Positions 9,904-17,028 of a stretch of DNA of 23,539 nucleotides are shown piece by piece (position 1 is the first letter of the stretch; every line of letters starts with the position of its first letter). Below the pieces are notes generated by a model, which was given only the letters and a program-made list of their open reading frames with translations, searched no databases and had not been told where the DNA came from. Location: positions 1-23,539 of the forward strand of contig JANPLU010000059.1 of assembly GCA_031422435.1 (NCBI GenBank). Direction: 5' to 3'. Source of the stretch: Acaryochloridaceae cyanobacterium VAR_48_metabat_390 (lineage in GTDB: Bacteria > Cyanobacteriota > Cyanobacteriia > Thermosynechococcales > Thermosynechococcaceae). The position numbers and the translations under genes are program-made.

Positions 9904-10316
9904 CCAAAGCCCCTATTAAAGTTGTTCTCGTCGAAGATTCAGCTGTTGCGCTACAAATTTTAGAGCGGCTGCTGAATGAATCGCCAGAAGTGGATGTTGT
10001 GGGCACTGCTCGTGACGGAAAGGAAGCCCTCAGCGTGATTTCTCGTACACAGCCCGACGTGATCTGTACTGACCTGCAAATGCCAGGAATGGACGGGCTA
10101 GAGTTTACGAAGCAGGTGATGAATCATGCGCCGCGTCCAGTGCTGGTGATTAGCAATGCGGTGCATCCTTCGGACGTAGAAAATATCTACGAGCTGATGA
10201 AGGCTGGGGCACTGGATTTTTTCCCAAAGCCGACAACGGGCACCCCAACGGACTATGACAAGCTTAGAAAGACCCTGGTGACCAAAATCAAGGTGCTAGC
10301 CAGTAAGCGGGTTTAG
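9897..10316 (+). CDS. Stand-alone receiver protein of the CheB N-terminal type, with no methylesterase domain
   Basis: IKVVLVEDS, VVGTARDG.EA, PDVICTDLQMPGMDGLE, RPVLVIS, GALDFFPKP and TKIKVLA are the CheB-type REC pattern. Start overlaps the cheA stop (ATGTTAA). Confidence 0.8.
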   Translation: MLTKAPIKVVLVEDSAVALQILERLLNESPEVDVVGTARDGKEALSVISRTQPDVICTDLQMPGMDGLEFTKQVMNHAPRPVLVISNAVHPSDVENIYELMKAGALDFFPKPTTGTPTDYDKLRKTLVTKIKVLASKRV

Positions 10317-10365
10317 AGTTTTTGCCGTACTGAAGTGACTGAACGCAAGTCGTAGGTCTGCATGG

Positions 10366-10998
10366 CTACTCTGTTAGCTGGGGTAGTCCTGCCAACTGAC
10401 GGCTGACGCGACGCAACACCCCATTCACAAACTTATGTCCATCTTCGGTGCTGTAGCGCTTTGCCAGCTCAACGGCTTCGTTAATGGCAACCCGCTCAGG
10501 CACATCCAGAAAGTGGATTTCTGCCACGGCAATTTTTAAGATAATGCGGTCAATTTGGGCAACCCGCGTGAGCTGCCAATCGACCAGGGAAGCCTCTAAA
10601 ATTTGATCAATTTCTTGGGCACGCTCATTGAGGGTCTGCACCATCGACATCGCGTAGTCTTGAACCACATGCTGATTGGCAATCTGAATCAGCTCAGGCA
10701 GGTCAACGGCGGTTCCCAGTCGATTAATTGCGGTCTGGGCTAGTTCCAGGGCATCGGTAAGCATGGCCTGGGCGCTTTGAATATCTGCCGAGAAGATTTT
10801 GCTTTTGTCGAGGCGATCGCTACTTCTTTTGACCTCCAGGGAAGCGGCTTCGAGGGCATCTTTGACTTCCCCCACTAAAGTCCGCACCGCAGCCAAGATA
10901 AAAGACTGTAGCTCCTGCTGAGACAGCTTTTCGGCATTGGCAGGCATTTGACTGGCGCTCAGTAGCGCTAATTCACGGGCGATGCGGCGAGGTTGCAT
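10366..10998 (-). CDS. nusB: Transcription antitermination factor NusB (long cyanobacterial form)
   Basis: [13 protein letters not shown]-terminus; DWQLTR...[19 protein letters not shown]...FVNGVL. ATG 10998 preferred over TTG 11016. Confidence 0.95.
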   Translation of the reverse strand: MQPRRIARELALLSASQMPANAEKLSQQELQSFILAAVRTLVGEVKDALEAASLEVKRSSDRLDKSKIFSADIQSAQAMLTDALELAQTAINRLGTAVDLPELIQIANQHVVQDYAMSMVQTLNERAQEIDQILEASLVDWQLTRVAQIDRIILKIAVAEIHFLDVPERVAINEAVELAKRYSTEDGHKFVNGVLRRVSRQLAGLPQLTE

Positions 10999-11299
10999 GA
11001 CAGATTTAGTTGACAAGGTTCGGCTTGCCTATTCTATCAGTCCTACTTGACGCTGCCCTGTATTTATTTTGCAGCGCTGGAAACTTGTGAATCTCATTCT
11101 TCGTCACTTGGACTTTACGCTGGCTCTAAAAATCTGTAACGCGGTTTAAAAAGGAGTAATTCTTATTTTTTAAGCCTATGACGCAAATCACAAGCTATCG
11201 TGACCGCTATCATAGGTTTGATCTAATGTTTAGGCCTATTCTAGAGATAGTTAAGCCAAGCGAAATCACTGCTGTCGTTCTACATCCTAGGAGCTTATT

Positions 11300-11677
11300 A
11301 TGGTCAACCCACTTTTACGAATGTCTGGTGTATTGCTGACTGCTGGATTAGCAGGGGCTGCCACTTTTGCCCCACTGTGGGCGGTTTCTGCGGCACAGTT
11401 TAACCCTAATCCTTCGTTTGAGATGGCCTATACCTATAGCCCCACGCTCACCAGTCGCTACACCTCTGGCTGTTCAGAGAAGCTTCAGAGCAAGGGTAAG
11501 TCAGCGATTGAAGCCCAGCAGATGTGCCAGTGTTCCCTAAAAAATATGCAGATTCAACATACTCAAGGACAGGCAATCGGCATTTTAGTGAAGGCTCAAT
11601 TTAGTGGTTCAACAGATCCTAAAACAGGCTTACCTACTGCGTTATCAAAGTATTTTTCAACCTGTAGCAGAGCTTAA
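11300..11677 (+). CDS. Small secreted hypothetical protein with four cysteines
   Basis: AGGAG RBS; hydrophobic signal peptide ending near VSA/AA; Cys in GCS, MCQC and TCS. Confidence 0.75.
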   Translation: MVNPLLRMSGVLLTAGLAGAATFAPLWAVSAAQFNPNPSFEMAYTYSPTLTSRYTSGCSEKLQSKGKSAIEAQQMCQCSLKNMQIQHTQGQAIGILVKAQFSGSTDPKTGLPTALSKYFSTCSRA

Positions 11678-11696
11678 GTAAGCTCAATCTAGGCTT

Positions 11697-11739
11697 AAGC
11701 AATACCGCAGGGGGATGTTATCCCCCTGCGGTATTGCTT
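11697..11739. terminator. Perfect 20-bp inverted repeat with a 3-nt loop; probable terminator or insulator upstream of the iron cluster
   Basis: aagcaataccgcagggggat-gtt-atccccctgcggtattgctt, 19 nt after the stop of 11300..11677. The U-tail is short. Confidence 0.65.
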
Positions 11740-11775
11740 TAAAGGGCGTCACTAAAGGCTCTTTTTCTGAATTAA

Positions 11776-11790
11776 TAGGAATAATTCTTA
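11776..11790. promoter_or_regulatory. Putative Fur-family operator (7-1-7)
   Basis: TAGGAAT-A-ATTCTTA (one mismatch from a perfect palindrome) in an AT-rich tract 90 nt upstream of an FTR1/ferritin cluster; resembles TGA(T/G)AATnATT(A/C)TCA. Confidence 0.5.
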
Positions 11791-11880
11791 ATTTATAAAA
11801 ACCCTTTATACTTCTAGGGAGTAAGACATCGTTTCAATCATTGTACGTTCCTCACCTGTGAGTTCATCATCTCGCTCATC

Positions 11881-12894
11881 ATGTCAAACTCAGTAGAGCC
11901 AGAGAAGCTCGCATTCAGTCGTCGTCGGCTTTTGAAATGGGGATTATTGGCTGGGGTTGGAGGAGCCGGAACCCTCACTGCTCTCAGTCAACTGGGAAAA
12001 ATTAAGTCACAGTCGCCCGTCCTGGCACCCTCATCTGCCCACCTCAAGATGTCCACCGGACAAGCCCCAACGCCGCTCACAATGCTGCGGGATTTTGATT
12101 ATGGTACCGTCACCCAAGAGAATGGGCAAACCGTACGCGAGTTTCGGGTTGAAGCGCAGACTTCTACGATTAAGCTTGATAACGCTCATTCTTTTATCAC
12201 CTGGAATCTAAATGGACGAGTTCCAGGACCCACATTTCGGGCAACAGAAGGCGATAAAATCCGCGTCATTTTTTACAATCGCGCGGGACATTCTCACTCG
12301 CTTCATTTTCATGGGGTGCATCGCTCAGAAGTGGATGGCGTTAAGCCCATTCGTAACGGCAGCGTCATGATCTATGAGTTTGATGCCGAACCTTACGGGG
12401 TGCATTTGTACCATTGCCACGTTGTGCCAGTGACGCGCCACGTCGGGAAAGGACTGTATGGCATGTTTATTATCGATCCGCCAGAACCGCGTCCTCCTGC
12501 GGATGAAATGCTGCTGATTATGGCGGGCTATGACGTGAACGATGACAAAAAAAATGAGCTGTATGCCTTCAACGGCCTGCCCCATTACTACATGCACCAC
12601 CCGATTCAAATTCAGCAAAATCAGCTGATCCGTCTGTATGTGCTGAATATGATTGAGCTGGATGCTGCTGTGACGTTCCATCTACATGCCAACATGTTTA
12701 AGGTGAATCGAACGGGGCGATCGCTTCAGCCCAGTGAAGAAACGGACGTCATCACCATGGGAACCGCAGAGCGGCACATTTTGGAGTTTAGCTACCGCTA
12801 TCCCGGCAAGTATATGTTTCATCCTCACCAAGATGCGATCGCCGAAGCAGGCTGCATGGGGCTATTTGAAGTCATAGACAGCACCAAAACCTAA
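11881..12894 (+). CDS. Tat-exported two-domain multicopper oxidase (small laccase-like, putative ferroxidase)
   Basis: Twin-arginine SRRRLLK; NGRVPGPTFRATEGD; HSLHFH; YHCH...H; FHLHAN; YMFHPH. Confidence 0.88.
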   Translation: MSNSVEPEKLAFSRRRLLKWGLLAGVGGAGTLTALSQLGKIKSQSPVLAPSSAHLKMSTGQAPTPLTMLRDFDYGTVTQENGQTVREFRVEAQTSTIKLDNAHSFITWNLNGRVPGPTFRATEGDKIRVIFYNRAGHSHSLHFHGVHRSEVDGVKPIRNGSVMIYEFDAEPYGVHLYHCHVVPVTRHVGKGLYGMFIIDPPEPRPPADEMLLIMAGYDVNDDKKNELYAFNGLPHYYMHHPIQIQQNQLIRLYVLNMIELDAAVTFHLHANMFKVNRTGRSLQPSEETDVITMGTAERHILEFSYRYPGKYMFHPHQDAIAEAGCMGLFEVIDSTKT

Positions 12895-12991
12895 CGTCAG
12901 CTCAGCGCTTTTGCACCAGGCCATACCCACATTTGCCCGAGACTTATTGACATTTTTTCCTATATGGAGAAAGATGATGAAGCGGCATAGA

Positions 12992-13018
12992 TGCAAACTA
13001 TTCTTAGTAAGACTAAGA
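12992..13018. promoter_or_regulatory. Possible second Fur-like site overlapping a 7-3-7 palindrome
   Basis: TGCAAAC-T-ATTCTTA (12992-13006) overlaps TCTTAGT-AAG-ACTAAGA (13002-13018). TTGACA at 12947-12952. Confidence 0.3.
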
Positions 13019-13072
13019 TGTCTAGGCTTTAGTTAATTTCTACTCTTATCAAAAACCTCGGGAAAGTTTTCC

Positions 13073-14089
13073 ATGTTTAACCTTCGCGTCTTAAGTTTGT
13101 TGGTGTCAGCCGTGGGTCTGTCAGTCTTGACTGCGTGTGGCGAAACCCAAGATTCTCCGAGCGCTTCGGTTTCTCCCAACGCCTCTGCGACCGCTATGAG
13201 TTCAGGCATGAATCATGGCATGACAGGTAAAAAGCAAATCAATATTAACGGCGCTATTTTATCTGAGCTAGATAAACTTGAAGCGAAGCTTGCTGTACCT
13301 GGCCTATCTAATAAAATTCAGGCCAGCCGACCCTACGGCAAAACCGACGAATTAGTCGCTAAAAAAGTTATCACTCAAGCACAGTTTGACCAAGTTAAGG
13401 ACATGGTGACCATTGAGGATATCGAGCTGACGGGGGAAGCCAAGGACGTAGACTACATGACTAAGCTAGGTCTGATGAAGGGGCACCTGCTGGTTGCAAA
13501 GGAACTACTCGATCTTAAAAAACCCGATCAGGCAGAGCCTCATATTGGACACCCTGTGGAAGAAATTTATGCGGATGTTGAAGATCAGCTCAATGAGCGT
13601 AAGGTTAGGGAGTTTAAGACCTCTCTCATTGCGCTACAAGATTTGATCAAGGCTGGCGCAAAGGACACAGCTAAGGTTGATACCGAGTTTAAAATCTCCG
13701 TTCAATCGGTAGAAGGCGCGATCGCCAATCTCCCTGACACACAGCGTAAAGATCCCAAGTTTGTGTTGCAGGTTATCAACGGCTTGTTAGACACTGCAAA
13801 CTCAGAATATAGTGCGGCGATCGCCGATGGCAAAATTTCGCAAGCCATTGAATACCAAGATTCCCGTGGGTTTGTCGCTTACGCAAACGATCTTTATAAG
13901 GGCATTGCGCCTGCCATGCAAAAAGATAGTCCTGACTCCCATAAGGCCATCACATCGGCAATGGCAGACCTGACTAAGGCCTGGCCTTCTCCCCTTCCTC
14001 CTGCTAAACCTGTAAAAATGCCGGATGCAGTGTCTAAGTTAATTAAAGATATTGAGATGAATACCGGAAAATCAGTCAGACCTTCTTAA
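13073..14089 (+). CDS. Lipoprotein with an N-terminal PsbU/ComEA-like helix-hairpin-helix domain and a His/Glu-rich helical domain
   Basis: Lipobox LTA-C22; Ser/Ala-rich tether; ININGA..SEL...PGLSNKI...RPY...DEL HhH-like segment; GHL...EPHIGHPVEEIY and IEYQDSRGF segments. Confidence 0.75.
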   Translation: MFNLRVLSLLVSAVGLSVLTACGETQDSPSASVSPNASATAMSSGMNHGMTGKKQININGAILSELDKLEAKLAVPGLSNKIQASRPYGKTDELVAKKVITQAQFDQVKDMVTIEDIELTGEAKDVDYMTKLGLMKGHLLVAKELLDLKKPDQAEPHIGHPVEEIYADVEDQLNERKVREFKTSLIALQDLIKAGAKDTAKVDTEFKISVQSVEGAIANLPDTQRKDPKFVLQVINGLLDTANSEYSAAIADGKISQAIEYQDSRGFVAYANDLYKGIAPAMQKDSPDSHKAITSAMADLTKAWPSPLPPAKPVKMPDAVSKLIKDIEMNTGKSVRPS

Positions 14090-14187
14090 GAATTGACTCA
14101 AAACATTTTTTCTATCGCTGCTATTCCTATATTTCCCTCCTTGAGGGGTTTTGAGCTTAAACCGTACCCTCTTAAACTCACGCCGTC

Positions 14188-15165
14188 ATGGATTTTAGCG
14201 CTGCCTTACCCACGTTTGTGATTACCCTCCGTGAGGGTGTTGAAGCTGCCCTAGTGGTTGGTATTGTGTTGGCGTATCTCAAAAAAGCAAAGCAGAGTTA
14301 CTTAAAACCTTGGGTGTATGGCGGTATTGGTACGGGTTTAGCCGCCAGTGGCTTTGTCGGGGTAATTTTTGGCTGGATGCTTCAGAGTCTAAGCACCAGC
14401 AACCAGCAGTATGCCCCCGTGTTTGAGCCACTGTTAGAAGGAGTATTTAGCCTGATTGCGATCGCCTTCTTAAGCTGGATGCTGATTTGGATGACGCGCA
14501 ATGCGCGACTGATGAAGCAGAACGTAGAAGGTGCCATTGGCTCTGTGTTAAGTCATAAAGCTAAGGCAGGCTGGGGTATTTTTGCCTTAGTGTTCTTCGC
14601 AATTCTGCGAGAAGGCTTTGAAACGGTACTATTTATCGCCGCAAAATTTCAGCAGGGCTTTGCGCCTGCCATCGGCGTACTGGCTGGGTTAACAGCGGCG
14701 ATCGCCATTGGCGCACTGATTTTTAAGTGGGGTATTAAGCTAAATCTGCAAAAGTTCTTCATGGTCATGGGGGCGCTGCTGCTGCTGATTGTGGCCGGCT
14801 TAGTGGTGACTGCTCTTGGACACTTTGACACAGCAGTCAATACCTTGGCACAACTTGACCGTAAATCCCAGTCGCTCTGCTTTTTCTATGAGCGGTTTGC
14901 CAAACCCCAAGACCGCAACTGCATTCTAGGCCCCATGATTTGGAACGCCAGCAAAGTGCTGCCAGACGAACGTTTTCCAGGCGTTATTTTGAGTGCGCTG
15001 TTCGGCTATACACAGCGACTTTACTTCGTTCAGGCGCTTAGCTATGGTGTGTTTTTAATCACGGTGGGTGGAATCTATTTCCAAAGCCTGACCGGACGAG
15101 TGATCTTCCCCCTTTCCCAAAACCGTATATTTAGTACCAAGAAATCTTCATCCCAGCTACATTAA
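14188..15165 (+). CDS. FTR1/EfeU-family high-affinity iron permease
   Basis: Two RExxE motifs (LREGVEAALVV, LREGFETVLF); about 7 TM segments. Confidence 0.93.
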   Translation: MDFSAALPTFVITLREGVEAALVVGIVLAYLKKAKQSYLKPWVYGGIGTGLAASGFVGVIFGWMLQSLSTSNQQYAPVFEPLLEGVFSLIAIAFLSWMLIWMTRNARLMKQNVEGAIGSVLSHKAKAGWGIFALVFFAILREGFETVLFIAAKFQQGFAPAIGVLAGLTAAIAIGALIFKWGIKLNLQKFFMVMGALLLLIVAGLVVTALGHFDTAVNTLAQLDRKSQSLCFFYERFAKPQDRNCILGPMIWNASKVLPDERFPGVILSALFGYTQRLYFVQALSYGVFLITVGGIYFQSLTGRVIFPLSQNRIFSTKKSSSQLH

Positions 15166-15219
15166 GTAAGCAGTCTGAAAGACTTATCTAAACCTTAAAC
15201 AATCCGCTGAACTGAAACG

Positions 15220-15666
15220 ATGAAAGACCTAGATCAAGATAAAACCATCCATCTACTCAATGCCATCATGGAAGCGGAACTGGCTGGGGTGGTTCGCTAC
15301 ACGCACTACTCTTTGATGGTGACAGGTCCTAACCGTATTCCTATTGTGCAGTTTTTGAAGGCTCAGGCTAGTGAATCTCTGCTCCATGCTCAGCAGGCTG
15401 GAGAGATTATCACAGGACTAGACGGACACCCGTCCTTGCGAGTTGCGCCCCTCGAGGAGACCTTTAAGCACTCAATCTATGACATTTTGCTCGAAAGCCT
15501 CAATCATGAAAAGTCCGCACTCAATTTATACAAAGATTTATTAGATGTCGTCACGGATGCCAGCGTTTATCTAGAAGAATATGTGCGCGGCATGATTGGG
15601 CAAGAGGAGCTACACGGGATGGAGTTACGTAAAATGCTGCGTGACTTTAGCCCCACAGAAGCCTAA
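15220..15666 (+). CDS. Ferritin-like (bacterioferritin/Dps-related) four-helix-bundle protein
   Basis: LNAIMEAELAGVVRY; ESLLHA; HEKSALNLY; QEELH (ExxH); 148 aa. Confidence 0.85.
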   Translation: MKDLDQDKTIHLLNAIMEAELAGVVRYTHYSLMVTGPNRIPIVQFLKAQASESLLHAQQAGEIITGLDGHPSLRVAPLEETFKHSIYDILLESLNHEKSALNLYKDLLDVVTDASVYLEEYVRGMIGQEELHGMELRKMLRDFSPTEA

Positions 15667-15770
15667 TTCATCTTTCTGCGAGCGGCTTTCTGATAGTGGC
15701 GATCGCGCCCATGTCCATTTTCAAAGAATGCGATCGCAGACTTTCCATATATCAACGCGCTTAAGACCCG

Positions 15771-15811
15771 TGGAGGGGCCGTGAAGGCTTAACCCCAACA
15801 CAGCCCCTCCA
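15771..15811. terminator. GC-rich stem-loop between the convergent ferritin and moeB genes; possible bidirectional terminator
   Basis: tggaggggc-c-gtg ... cac-a-gcccctcca; no clear U-tract. Confidence 0.45.
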
Positions 15812-15855
15812 TACCGTTAAGCTCTCGCTCTCTAAAGAACAAGTGCAAGCGAACT

Positions 15856-17028
15856 TTAATACTCCGGTACCGATGCGTCCACTTCACGGCTCCAGGCTTG
15901 GATGCCGCCTTTGACATTTGTTCCGTCAATCCCAGCGCCCTTGAGAATGCCCAGCGCCTTCATCGAGCGTCCGCCCAATTTGCAGTGGACGATGAGCCGA
16001 TGACCATTGAGGAGCGATCGCACCTTCTCTACGCCCTGCCCATTTTCGATATCGGGCAAAGGCACCAGCACCGAGCCAGGGATCTGAGCAATTTCGTACT
16101 CATTCGGGTTCCGTACATCCAGCAGCACGACGTCATCGGCGCCGCTGTCAAGCAACTGCTTTAGCGCCGTCACCGTCATCTCAGGGATAGCCGCCTGCTG
16201 CTCCGCTTCCTCCGCCTTGGCCTGAGGGATGCCGCAGAACATTTCGTAGTCAATCAGCTTTTCAATCACGGGGCGAACGGGATTCGGGCGCAGCTTTAGC
16301 TCCCTAAACTTCATATCCAGGGCATTAAACAGCAGCAGCCGTCCGCTAAGGGTTGTGCCCTGACCCAAAATAATTTTGATGGCTTCCGTTGCCTGGATTA
16401 CCCCAATAATGCCAGGGAGAATCCCCAGTACGCCGCCTTCCGCGCAGGAGGGCACTAATCCAGGGGGGGGTGGCTCTGGATAGAGGTCACGGTAGTTGGG
16501 ACCACCTTCATAGTTAAAGACCGTCGCCTGCCCTTCAAACCGAAAGATAGAGCCGTACACATTGGGCTTATTGAGCAGCACACAGGTGTCGTTGACCAGG
16601 TAGCGCGTTGGAAAGTTATCGGTTCCATCAATGATGATGTCGTAGGGTTCCGCAATGCTAAGGGCATTTTGAGACGTGAACTGCGTTTCGTAAAGATCTA
16701 CCTGACAGTAGGGGTTAATCTCTAAAATCCGGTTTTTCGCCGACTCAATTTTGGGCTTGCCCACCCAGGAGGTACCGTGAATCACCTGACGCTGGAGATT
16801 GGAGAAGTCCACCACGTCAAAATCTACGATCCCCAGGCGACCCACCCCTGCTGCCGCTAAATACAGCAGCAGCGGCGACCCTAATCCCCCCGTTCCGACA
16901 CAGAGAATGCTCGCGGCCTTCAGTCTTTTTTGACCCTCTAGACCAACCTCCGGCAAAATCAAGTGGCGGGAATACCGCTCGTAATCGTCTTTTGTAAGCT
17001 GGATCTCATCCAGATTTGGATTGAGCAT
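15856..17028 (-). CDS. moeB: Molybdopterin-synthase adenylyltransferase MoeB with C-terminal rhodanese domain (MoeZ/MoeBR type), 390 aa
   Basis: RYSRHLILPEVG, GTGGLGSP, DFDVVDFSNLQRQ, DGTDNF.TRY, PSCAEGGVLG; rhodanese LDVR...HCKLGGRS. Start MLNPNLDEIQL (ATG 17028) preferred over 17070. Confidence 0.93.
   Translation of the reverse strand: MLNPNLDEIQLTKDDYERYSRHLILPEVGLEGQKRLKAASILCVGTGGLGSPLLLYLAAAGVGRLGIVDFDVVDFSNLQRQVIHGTSWVGKPKIESAKNRILEINPYCQVDLYETQFTSQNALSIAEPYDIIIDGTDNFPTRYLVNDTCVLLNKPNVYGSIFRFEGQATVFNYEGGPNYRDLYPEPPPPGLVPSCAEGGVLGILPGIIGVIQATEAIKIILGQGTTLSGRLLLFNALDMKFRELKLRPNPVRPVIEKLIDYEMFCGIPQAKAEEAEQQAAIPEMTVTALKQLLDSGADDVVLLDVRNPNEYEIAQIPGSVLVPLPDIENGQGVEKVRSLLNGHRLIVHCKLGGRSMKALGILKGAGIDGTNVKGGIQAWSREVDASVPEY

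Noticed and set aside
11881..12894. Calling the MCO a copper nitrite reductase (nirK)
   Set aside because: Both domains keep HxH pairs for a trinuclear cluster, the axial Met is absent, and the context is iron transport rather than denitrification.
16463..16470. G8 homopolymer in moeB as a phase-variation tract
   Set aside because: It encodes the conserved PEPPPPG motif and the frame is intact.
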